A DNA stretch of 64,000 nucleotides. Origin: Candidatus Omnitrophota bacterium. GTDB lineage: Bacteria; Omnitrophota; Gorgyraeia; JAFGHF01. The stretch spans positions 465,743 to 529,742 of the forward strand of contig CP070837.1 in the NCBI GenBank assembly GCA_020341815.1, in the 5' to 3' direction. A program made the translations under genes and the position numbers. This document shows, one piece after another, positions 19,438 through 26,929 of the stretch. Each line of letters begins with the position of its first letter. The stretch's first letter is position 1. The notes beneath the pieces are model-generated. The model saw only the letters and a program-made list of their open reading frames with translations. It was not told where the DNA came from and ran no database searches.

Positions 19438-19466
19438 TATATACCATAAAAAATTTACCTTGTCAA
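19438..19466 (-). promoter_or_regulatory. sigma70-like promoter for the HTH-pilMNOPQ operon (TTGACA-N17-TATATA)
   Basis: On the minus strand: -35 TTGACA (plus 19461-19466), 17-nt spacer, -10 TATATA (plus 19438-19443). About 40 nt upstream of the AAGGAGG SD and ATG at 19395. Confidence 0.45.
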
Positions 19467-19580
19467 GTATATTTTTTATTACTTTTACTTCTACTCTCTT
19501 GCACCCAGGAAATAAAAAGCCCATATTATCCAATAATAATGATAATATGGGGATAAAAACTATTTAAAACTTAGCTTAAA

Positions 19581-19940
19581 TTAATAGTCGACAGTAATAG
19601 TGATAGGATAGACTCCTTCCGGATCTTCTCCTGTTCCATTTTGATCCGCTACACTAATAGATATCCTGCCTGCGGGAATACCATTGATTTCTTCTGGAAA
19701 ATTTATATTGGTAGTCCCGCCTGAACCGGGAAGAGCGGCTCCTCCTGTGCGCAGACTCCATATGGCATGTTGCATTGCTGCCTCCGCAGCATAATAGGCC
19801 CGGGCGCGCCTGATTTGATGGTAAGAGGTGCCGAAATGACCTGTGGAAAGCGTCAATACCGCGCCCCCTATGATAAGAAGCATAATAATAAGACTGATGA
19901 CCACCAGCATAGCCATCCCTCTTTTTTTATTATTTCTCAT
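19581..19940 (-). CDS. PilX-N-terminal-domain pilus-associated protein
   Basis: 119 aa; KRGMAMLVVISLIIMLLIIGGAVLTL then SYHQIRRARAYYAAEAAMQHAIWSL, matching the PilX_N pattern. Confidence 0.55.
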   Translation of the reverse strand: MRNNKKRGMAMLVVISLIIMLLIIGGAVLTLSTGHFGTSYHQIRRARAYYAAEAAMQHAIWSLRTGGAALPGSGGTTNINFPEEINGIPAGRISISVADQNGTGEDPEGVYPITITVDY

Positions 19941-19969
19941 CTTTTATCTCCTTTATTTTTAAAATTTTA

Positions 19970-21484
19970 TCAAATTAATTTTCTCTTTAACACCTTGCCC
20001 GTAGGCGTCTTAGGCAGGTCTTCTCTAAACTCAATCAAGCGGGGAATTTTATAATTGGCTATTTTTCCTCTGCAATAATCCCTGATTTCTTTTTCGGAGA
20101 TGGAGGCATCTTTATGCAAAACTATAAAAGCAAGGAGTAATTCGCCTTTAGATTTATCTCTTTTACCTATCACCGCTACTTCTTTTATTTTGGGATGAGT
20201 TTTTAATATATTTTCTATTTCTGAAGGATAGACATTCATCCCATGCACAAGAATCATTTCTTTCTTGCGCCCTACTATATAGATATAACCGTCATTATCT
20301 ATTTTGGCCATATCACCGGTAAATAACCATCCCCCTTTAATCGTCTCTTTAGTTTGCTCGGGATGATTAAAATATCCAAGCATTATATTAGGTCCTTTAA
20401 CAATCAGTTCACCTGTTTCTCCGCGATTGGCTTCACTCTCATCTTCCCTGATAATTTTAGTCTCTACGCCGGGAAGAGGCAGACCTATAGAGCCGGGTTT
20501 ACGCAGACCGCGTAAAGGATTTAGAGAAACTACCGGAGCACTCTCTGTCAGGCCATAGCCCTCTAAGAGAGATATGCTTTTAAATTTTTCATTAAATCTT
20601 CTTAGAGTCTCGACACTTAATGGGGCCGCGCCAGATATGCATACCCTGACCCGTAGAAACATCCGAAAAATAGCCGGCAGATTAATACCCTGCAAGATAT
20701 CAAATAGTTGGGGTATGCCCACAATTATTGTTATCCGGTTTAAAAGAACGCTACGTAAAACCTTCTGAAATGGCCGCACCGATTTAATAATTGCTATCCT
20801 GGCACCGGCATAGATAGGTATAAATATACAAACCGTCAAAGTAAAAGAATGGAACATCGGCAAAAGGAGCAAAAATCTCTCCTGAGGCTTAATCTCCAAA
20901 GCAGAAACCGAAGCTAACACATTGGAATAGATGTTCCTATGGGAAAGCATTACTCCTTTGGGAAAACCTGTGGTTCCGGAGGTATAAAGCAATAGCGCCA
21001 GGCTCTCTGGATCTATGGCAAGAAAGGGATTGCCGGACCTATTCTTCATGAGGACTTTATCCCAATAAAAGAATCTATCATTTTGAAATATTTCGCCGGG
21101 CGCCTCTTTATCGGTTAAGATGACTTTTTTCGGGGGGAGCTTATGCAATACCTCCAAGAAATCCGTAGAGCTTATCAATAATTTACTGCGGGAATCTTTA
21201 AGGACGTAATTTAATTCATTAGAGCTTAAAAATACATTTAAGGGCACGCATACGCCTTGCGCCTTTAAGATGGCAAAAAGGGCGATAATAAACTGGGGGC
21301 AATTATTCAAGAGAATTGCTACCTTATCGCCTTTTTTTACTCCCAGCTTCTCTTTTAAGGCGAAAGCCAATTGATTAACTTCCTTATTTAAGGAATGATA
21401 ACTATAATTGCCTTCAGCCGAAATCAGACACCTGCGCCAGGAAAACTTTCTTGCGCTTTCCTCCAACAAATGCACCAAATCCAT
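19970..21484 (-). CDS. AMP-dependent acyl-CoA synthetase / long-chain fatty acid-CoA ligase
   Basis: 504 aa; AMP-binding motif YTSGTTGFPKGVMLSHRN; C-terminal ...PKTPTGKVLKR. Confidence 0.8.
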   Translation of the reverse strand: MDLVHLLEESARKFSWRRCLISAEGNYSYHSLNKEVNQLAFALKEKLGVKKGDKVAILLNNCPQFIIALFAILKAQGVCVPLNVFLSSNELNYVLKDSRSKLLISSTDFLEVLHKLPPKKVILTDKEAPGEIFQNDRFFYWDKVLMKNRSGNPFLAIDPESLALLLYTSGTTGFPKGVMLSHRNIYSNVLASVSALEIKPQERFLLLLPMFHSFTLTVCIFIPIYAGARIAIIKSVRPFQKVLRSVLLNRITIIVGIPQLFDILQGINLPAIFRMFLRVRVCISGAAPLSVETLRRFNEKFKSISLLEGYGLTESAPVVSLNPLRGLRKPGSIGLPLPGVETKIIREDESEANRGETGELIVKGPNIMLGYFNHPEQTKETIKGGWLFTGDMAKIDNDGYIYIVGRKKEMILVHGMNVYPSEIENILKTHPKIKEVAVIGKRDKSKGELLLAFIVLHKDASISEKEIRDYCRGKIANYKIPRLIEFREDLPKTPTGKVLKRKLI

Positions 21485-21485
21485 A

Positions 21486-22379
21486 TTATAATATCTCCAG
21501 TGCCTTTTTTACTGTATTATAATGAATAAGCACCGTATCATTTATATCCTGAGCGTATCCTCCGCCAAACACTACCGCTACATGTGCCTTACTTTCCTTT
21601 GCCAGGGCAAAAACAAACTCATCTCTCCTTTCTAAGCCATCCAGAGTAAGCCTAAGCGCCCCCAGCTGGTCTTTAAAATAAGGGTCTGCCCCGGCAATAT
21701 AAAAAACCAATTGCGGTGCGAAATCCTTAAAAATCCTGGGTAATTCTTTTTCCAAGGCATCTAAATATTCTTTATTACCGCTGCCATCGGCCAGGCCGAT
21801 ATCTAAATCACTGGGAGGCTTAATTAAGGGATAATTATTCTCTTGATGGATTGAAAAAGTAAAAACCTCTTTCGAATCTTTAAATATATGGGCATTCCCA
21901 TTGCCCTGGTGCAGATCACAGTCTACTATCATTATCTTGCGCAACTTCTCCTGCACCTGGCAATATCGAGCTGCGCAGGCCACATCATTCAAAACACAAA
22001 AGCCTTCTCCGTGGTCGGCAAAGGCATGATGAAATCCACCGCCTAAATGAACGCAGGATGTCTCTTTCAGGGCCAGCTTTGCGGTAAGGATTGTCCCGCC
22101 CACGCATATGCGCGAAGCCTGAACCAGAGGTTTGGAATAAGGCAGCTCTAAAGTAAATATCTCCTGCGGCGATAAAGTTCCTTGAGTCAGCTTATCAAGG
22201 TACGCTTTTGTATGAACTAAAAGAAGCTCTTCCTCTGAGGCAAAAGGCGCAACAATAAAATCCTTATCCGGAATAATCTTTTCTTTTCTTAGCTTTTCAC
22301 GGATGAGGCGAAATTTAACGGTAGGAAAGACGTGCGCGCCAATATTTACTTCATAAGCATCTGAATAAACTACCTTTAT
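21486..22379 (-). CDS. histone deacetylase / acetoin utilization (AcuC/HDAC) family amidohydrolase; start codon unresolved
   Basis: Table ORF 21486..22103 begins at a GTG, but the same frame stays open to 22385 and encodes an HDAC-like N-terminus (YSDAYEVNIGAHVFPTVKFRLIREKL...). There is no ATG/GTG/TTG in those 94 codons. Confidence 0.65.
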   Translation of the reverse strand: MKVVYSDAYEVNIGAHVFPTVKFRLIREKLRKEKIIPDKDFIVAPFASEEELLLVHTKAYLDKLTQGTLSPQEIFTLELPYSKPLVQASRICVGGTILTAKLALKETSCVHLGGGFHHAFADHGEGFCVLNDVACAARYCQVQEKLRKIMIVDCDLHQGNGNAHIFKDSKEVFTFSIHQENNYPLIKPPSDLDIGLADGSGNKEYLDALEKELPRIFKDFAPQLVFYIAGADPYFKDQLGALRLTLDGLERRDEFVFALAKESKAHVAVVFGGGYAQDINDTVLIHYNTVKKALEIL

Positions 22380-22389
22380 CTTATCTCAC

Positions 22390-22656
22390 CTATCCCTGCA
22401 TCTTCGGCAGCAATTCTTCTACAGCCTGAACTATCTGCTCCCATTTTTCCGCATCGTGAACGGTAAATTTTTGCTTTCTCTTCCAGCCGTCCTTCTTACG
22501 CTGCCAGAGATATAAACAGACCTGTTTTCGTCCCCAGGATTCAATTAATACCGCAGCTGCCCACCAGCCAAAAGCCTTACTTAAAGTGCGGTAATCGACT
22601 ACCTGCAAAGGAGGCTCAATAGGAATCTTTTCTTCTTTTGCTCTTCCTTCCTCCAT
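22390..22656 (-). CDS. hypothetical Trp/Lys-rich small protein
   Basis: Table ORF 22390..22683 starts at a GTG inside the upstream repeat element. Likely true start is ATG at 22654-22656 (MEEGRAKEE), preceded by GGGGGAGGG. Confidence 0.4.
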   Translation of the reverse strand: MEEGRAKEEKIPIEPPLQVVDYRTLSKAFGWWAAAVLIESWGRKQVCLYLWQRKKDGWKRKQKFTVHDAEKWEQIVQAVEELLPKMQG

Positions 22657-22670
22657 GAATACCCTCCCCC

Positions 22671-22883
22671 TTTTAATGAGCACGTAACTTATGGAACATA
22701 GTGAGCATAAGTCGCTGTGCGAATTAAACCCCGTACCAAAATACTGCCAAGTTTCATATTTTTGGCATAACTAATGCCATATAGCATTAGTTTACTCTTA
22801 GTTTCAACTGTTGAAGTATTTTGGTTCGGGGTAAGTTCGGACATAGTCTTATGTTCGCTTCGCTCCATAAGTCTAGCCCTTAC
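22671..22883 (-). repeat. structured repeat element, family C, copy 1 (about 200 nt; putative 5' leader RNA or MITE-like)
   Basis: About 80% identical to 34930-35145. 17-bp outer stem (ACCCCGTACCAAAATAC / GTATTTTGGTTCGGGGT) plus nested hairpins (TGCCAA..TTGGCA; ATGCCATATAGCAT; TTCAAC.GTTGAA). Ends at the SD of the downstream gene. Confidence 0.6.
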
Positions 22884-23087
22884 TTACTTTCTCAGTTCTA
22901 TTCTGTAATCCTGGCCTTCTTTTTCTAATTTTACATGGCCTTCTCTGGCCAGCCAACCCAAGCTCATTAAAATAGTATCGCGCGGTTTATCCAAACCGGC
23001 AACTAAATCGGCCAAGGCAGCAGTTTTCCCGTGTTCATCTAAAAAATGCCAGATATCTCCTGCCACTATTCCTAACTCCGTTATCAA
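22884..23087 (-). CDS. small hypothetical protein (winged-helix-like)
   Basis: 67 aa; no recognisable motif beyond predicted helical content. 4-nt overlap with the upstream gene. Confidence 0.35.
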   Translation of the reverse strand: MITELGIVAGDIWHFLDEHGKTAALADLVAGLDKPRDTILMSLGWLAREGHVKLEKEGQDYRIELRK

Positions 23088-23356
23088 CGGCCACCTCCTT
23101 CTCTCTCGTTATAGCTTTTACACCTTGGACAAATAGAAAGCCTGCTATTTTTGCTATCTACATAAATATAAGTGCAGATAAAACACTGCCATATTGATTC
23201 AAGTTGTGCGCTATGCTTGGCACGAACCTTCATTCTTGCAAATATAACCCAGGCAATCAAAAAACCGAAAATTGCAATTAACAAGTATAAAAATATCGCT
23301 ATTTCAAATTGTAGTTTTATCATTTGGAATCCAGAGCTATTTTTATAGTCTGCCAC
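23084..23356 (-). CDS. small membrane protein with C-terminal zinc-ribbon (CxxC...CxxC)
   Basis: 90 aa; TM helix FEIAIFLYLLIAIFGFLIAWVIF; WQCFICTY...ICPRCKSY. Confidence 0.45.
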   Translation of the reverse strand: MADYKNSSGFQMIKLQFEIAIFLYLLIAIFGFLIAWVIFARMKVRAKHSAQLESIWQCFICTYIYVDSKNSRLSICPRCKSYNEREGGGR

Positions 23357-23937
23357 TGGCCCTGGCTCTCAGGAGCCGGGACAAAACGCCATTTTTCAAT
23401 ATATCTTATCAATGCCACATCGATTTCTGGATTTGAACTTGCCTGCATATTTACTACCTGTTCCACCAAGCCATTACTTGATATATATACATTAAAAACG
23501 GCGTAGTCGCCTTTGACTTCATCCTGTATCGCTACTTCCGGATACTTCACAAAAGGAGGTTGAAAAATTATTTCCCGTTCTTTCTTTCCCGTATAATCGC
23601 GAGAAAAAGCAAAATGTATATTTTGGGGCTCGCTATCCACATCAATAAAATTGTCAGGATTCAGCATTTTTCTTTCGGTCGGCAAAGCTACCAACTCTTG
23701 CTCAAAATGATTTATTTTAGCCTCTGGCGGGAACTCAACCAAATCTCCTCCTTCGGCCTGGGCCTTCGCCTGCACAGAAACAGACCCTTTCAATATCGAG
23801 CCCACAAAAGAGACCGAAGACCATCCCCTTAAAATGAAGCCATGCGGCAAGAATACTATCGAAATCAGGCACATCCCCAAAAGGTGTGCCAGAAAAGAAA
23901 TCAACAGCGCTATACGTAACTCTCTACCGATAATCAT
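23320..23937 (-). CDS. TonB/TolA-family energy transducer (TonB C-terminal domain)
   Basis: 205 aa; N-terminal TM anchor. C-terminal region (PPFVKYPEVAIQDEVKGDYAVFNVYISSNGLVEQVVNM...ALIRYIEKWRFVP) fits the TonB_C pattern. Confidence 0.6.
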   Translation of the reverse strand: MIIGRELRIALLISFLAHLLGMCLISIVFLPHGFILRGWSSVSFVGSILKGSVSVQAKAQAEGGDLVEFPPEAKINHFEQELVALPTERKMLNPDNFIDVDSEPQNIHFAFSRDYTGKKEREIIFQPPFVKYPEVAIQDEVKGDYAVFNVYISSNGLVEQVVNMQASSNPEIDVALIRYIEKWRFVPAPESQGQWQTIKIALDSK

Positions 23938-23953
23938 CTAACGATTGACCAAA

Positions 23954-24355
23954 TTATTGTCCTGCCTCGGAAGTAGCTATATTAATCTGGGTCAGGCCCA
24001 CCTCCCGGGACATATCCCAGATCTGGACTACCTTGCCTAAAGAGGCCTGACGGTCGGCTTTAATTAAAAGCGGGCGATTGTCCTTTTTTGCCTTTTCCAG
24101 ATGAGACCTTAATTGGTCTAAGCTAAGCTGGCGATTATTTAAGGAGACAACGCCTCGGGCATTGATAGTAATAACTAAATTTTCTTCCTGAATTACTTCG
24201 CTGGTTACCGCCTTGGGAAGATTTATTTTAATGCCCGGTTGAAAGATATAACTGGAAGTAAGCATAAAAAATATCAGAAGCAGAAAAACCACATCAATTA
24301 ACGGGGCGATATCCAACTGCCCCTTCTCAAATTCTACGCCTCTTTTAAATCTCAT
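23954..24355 (-). CDS. exbD: biopolymer transport protein ExbD/TolR
   Basis: 133 aa; APLIDVVFLLLIFFMLTS signature. Confidence 0.8.
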   Translation of the reverse strand: MRFKRGVEFEKGQLDIAPLIDVVFLLLIFFMLTSSYIFQPGIKINLPKAVTSEVIQEENLVITINARGVVSLNNRQLSLDQLRSHLEKAKKDNRPLLIKADRQASLGKVVQIWDMSREVGLTQINIATSEAGQ

Positions 24356-24488
24356 AGTTCGTCGCTTTGCTCCTCACAGTCGTTAGTATCTAGTCGCTAG
24401 TATCTAGTTAAAAAGTTTTTTATATAATCTTTAATATTTATAAGTGTTTTTATTTTACTAAATACCAGATACTGAATACTATCGACTA
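24356..24488. repeat. intergenic inverted-repeat element, family B (AGTCGCTAGTATCTAG arms around an AT-rich core)
   Basis: tcgttagtatctagtcgctagtatctagttaaaaag...AT-rich core...ccagatactgaatactatcgactattaatattg. Arm is homologous to 63940-63990. Confidence 0.5.
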
Positions 24489-25115
24489 TTAATATTGCTC
24501 GCTTTTCTGCGCAAGAATATTAATCAAGTCGGTAGCCGTCCTTTCCATCTCCAGGACAAAGCCCTTTACGCGGCTGACCAGATAATTGTAAGCCACGAAA
24601 GTAGGTATAGCCACAATCAATCCTGCGCAAGTCGTGATTAAGGCCTCCCAAATCCCTCCGGCTAAATCTCCCGGACCAACCGGATGAAGAGAAGTGGCCT
24701 TCTCTTGAATAATCTGAAACGCCCTGACCATTCCCGTAACCGTACCCAATAGACCCAATAACGGCGAGATATGCGCGATAGTTGCCAGCGCCCCCAGATT
24801 CTTTTCCAGGCGCGGCACTTCATAGATTCCTGCATCCTCTATGGCTTCCTTTATCTCGCCTCTTGCGCGGTCATGTTTTAAGATACCCGCCTTTATAATA
24901 TAGGCAATGGGCCCGGGGGTCTTCTCGCATAAATTTATGGCGTCCATAATCCGGTTACGCCTTATGGTATTGGATATGCTTTCCATAAATCTATCGCTAT
25001 CGATTTTTGCCCGATGTAAATGGTAGAGCCTTTCAATAACCACAGCAAAAGCCACAACAGAGCAAAGGATAATCAAATACATTATCGGACCGCCCTTTTG
25101 AATCAAATCCCACAC
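24489..25115 (-). CDS. exbB: MotA/TolQ/ExbB proton channel protein
   Basis: 208 aa; three TM segments. Conserved C-terminal channel region (PLLGLLGTVTGMVRAF). GTG start preceded by AAGGAGG. Confidence 0.8.
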   Translation of the reverse strand: MWDLIQKGGPIMYLIILCSVVAFAVVIERLYHLHRAKIDSDRFMESISNTIRRNRIMDAINLCEKTPGPIAYIIKAGILKHDRARGEIKEAIEDAGIYEVPRLEKNLGALATIAHISPLLGLLGTVTGMVRAFQIIQEKATSLHPVGPGDLAGGIWEALITTCAGLIVAIPTFVAYNYLVSRVKGFVLEMERTATDLINILAQKSEQY

Positions 25116-25126
25116 TTTTTCCTCCT

Positions 25127-25222
25127 TTTAACACTGAGAACACTGAATTACTGACACTGAGAACACTGAAAGAAAAACTTCAGTGGTTTCAGTGATTATT
25201 TCTTCAGTGGTTTCAATGTCTC
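25127..25222. repeat. intergenic palindromic repeat element, family A, copy 2
   Basis: aacactgagaacactgaattactgacactgagaacactgaa // cttcagtggtttcagtg...cttcagtggtttcaatgtctc. Lies between the stop of the HTH-TM gene and the exbB SD. Confidence 0.6.
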
Positions 25223-25535
25223 ATTTAACAAAAAAGATAACTATCAATAAAACTATGCTTATAATTGCAGAGATGATATAAAAATCATTAAAATATAAGA
25301 AATCTTTTATTTTTTCCCAGCGTTGATTCACCGGTCCGGATGAGGATTCTCGCTTTTCAACTTTAGTTATCCCCTGGCTTTTGATTATATCAATCTGCCC
25401 TTTTCTAAATCTCAAAATAGTGCCTCCGAGCCTATAGGCAGGAATCTCGCCTTTTTCTACCAGATTTCTTAAATCATCCTCTGAAATATCCAGATATCGA
25501 CAGACTTCTTTTACATTCAAAAGTTTCTCTGACAT
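25221..25535 (-). CDS. membrane-anchored excisionase-family HTH protein (N-terminal HTH_17, C-terminal TM helix)
   Basis: 104 aa; LLNVKEVCRYLDISEDDLRNLVEKGEIPAYRLGGTILRFRKGQID, then YIISAIISIVLLIVIFFVK. Confidence 0.6.
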   Translation of the reverse strand: MSEKLLNVKEVCRYLDISEDDLRNLVEKGEIPAYRLGGTILRFRKGQIDIIKSQGITKVEKRESSSGPVNQRWEKIKDFLYFNDFYIISAIISIVLLIVIFFVK

Positions 25536-25562
25536 CTTTTGGCTCGCCCCGTTTTTTTTATT

Positions 25563-26135
25563 TTACTTTATCTTTTCACTGGCAATCCAAACATCGACTT
25601 TGGCCCGGTCAAACTTCCAGTTATTACCTTCTTTTTGCGTAGGAATTTTGCCTGCCTTGGCCCAGTTTAATATTGAACTGGCGTCTACTTCTAAATATTT
25701 TGCCAATTCATCAACCGTCATCAATGCTTCCTGCATCGTAGAACGGCTGGGTTTGGCTGTCTCTTTTGATTCCATCTGAATTTTTCCCTGCACTACTGCC
25801 CCTTCGGCTATACTGAGACTGCAGGTGCGGATATCTCCCGCCAAATATGCGCTGCGGCTAAGACTGAGACTCCTGGTGGCCACTACATTGCCATAAACTT
25901 TGCCGCAAATTTCAATGTTCTCTCCGATAATATCGGCCTGCACCCGCGCATTTTCTCCTATGGTTAAATTTCCCTTGGTGTCCAGGCTGCCTTCAAATTT
26001 GCCGTTAATGCGCAAATTTACCGCATCGCGAAATGTAAGACTTCCCTGCATACTGGCATCAACATCAAGAATCTTTTTCTCTTCAGCTTGAGCCTTTAGC
26101 TCTTCCTTTTCCTTTCTTTTGGCCCTAAAAGCCAT
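25563..26135 (-). CDS. bactofilin domain protein fused to a C-terminal excisionase-family HTH domain
   Basis: 190 aa; residues about 30-125 match the bactofilin beta-helix repeats (RINGKFEGSLDTKGNLTIGENARVQADIIGENIEICGKVYGNVVATRSLSLSRSAYLAGDIRTCSLSIAEGAVVQGKI). C-terminus VDELAKYLEVDASSILNWAKAGKIPTQKEGNNWKFDRAKVDVWI is a paralogue of the 19168-19395 HTH. Confidence 0.8.
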   Translation of the reverse strand: MAFRAKRKEKEELKAQAEEKKILDVDASMQGSLTFRDAVNLRINGKFEGSLDTKGNLTIGENARVQADIIGENIEICGKVYGNVVATRSLSLSRSAYLAGDIRTCSLSIAEGAVVQGKIQMESKETAKPSRSTMQEALMTVDELAKYLEVDASSILNWAKAGKIPTQKEGNNWKFDRAKVDVWIASEKIK

Positions 26136-26155
26136 AGTTGCACCTCCTCTTTTTT

Positions 26156-26250
26156 TATCACTGAAGCCACTGAACTTGTTACACTGAAGTCACTGAGAAT
26201 CTATTCAGTGTTTTCAGTATCATTTTTCAGTGTTCTCAGTGTCTTACAAT
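26156..26250. repeat. intergenic palindromic repeat element, family A, copy 3
   Basis: tcactgaagccactgaacttgttacactgaagtcactgagaa // tctattcagtgttttcagtatcatttttcagtgttctcagtgtctt. Lies between the stop of the MgtC-family gene and the SD (AGAGGAGGTG) of the bactofilin-HTH gene. Confidence 0.6.
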
Positions 26251-26915
26251 TCCTGCCAACTAGCCCTTTCCACTCCTTTAATTCGCATTATATCCGTAAT
26301 AACCTGGTCATCCTGCCTGTTAGTTATAAGCTTTAAGTTCAATTCTACTATCACATTATTGCTGTCGGATTTCTTTTTTATTTCAAAATCTCTGATTTCC
26401 GCTTTATAATCGGATAAAGCCGAGCGGATATCTTTTAATTGCTGGGCATTGCCTTTGGTTTCCACGGCAAGTATTTTATACCAGTCCTTCTTTCCCAGCA
26501 CTCTCTCTACCCTTGTCAGGAAAAATAAAACAAAAAGCACCAGGGCCGTCGTTGCATAAGCGCCGGAATAAAATCCGCTGCCGATGGCCAGGCCTATTCC
26601 CGTCACCGCCCAGAGACTGGCAGCGGTAGTCAAACCGCGCACCGAGGCCTTAAAGCGTAAAATCGTGCCCGCCCCTAAGAAGCCGATACCGGTAATGACC
26701 CCGGCAGCTATCCTGGCCGGGTCTATCGTAGCCAATTCCCGATAGGCGTAAAAAATGTATATAGAAGTGAGCATAAGCAATGTTGACCCCAGACAAACCA
26801 AGATGTGCGTCCTCAAGCCCGCGGCGCGGCCATGGGATTCTCTTTCCAGGCCGATTAAGCCACCCAGCACAAAGGCCAGGATCAGGCGAATAACAGTTTG
26901 TTCTGCGCTAAACAT
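26244..26915 (-). CDS. MgtC/SapB family membrane protein
   Basis: 223 aa; LILAFVLGGLIGLERESHGRAAGLRTHILVCLGSTLLM is the MgtC family signature; C-terminal soluble domain. Confidence 0.75.
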   Translation of the reverse strand: MFSAEQTVIRLILAFVLGGLIGLERESHGRAAGLRTHILVCLGSTLLMLTSIYIFYAYRELATIDPARIAAGVITGIGFLGAGTILRFKASVRGLTTAASLWAVTGIGLAIGSGFYSGAYATTALVLFVLFFLTRVERVLGKKDWYKILAVETKGNAQQLKDIRSALSDYKAEIRDFEIKKKSDSNNVIVELNLKLITNRQDDQVITDIMRIKGVERASWQEL

Positions 26916-26929
26916 AACCTCCCTCCTAT

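Noticed and set aside
16556-26250. Possibility that the CACTGA/TCAGTG repeats are a CRISPR array
   Set aside because: The units are palindromic arms of single hairpin elements, are not separated by unique spacers of regular length, occur at three separate intergenic sites, and no cas genes are present.
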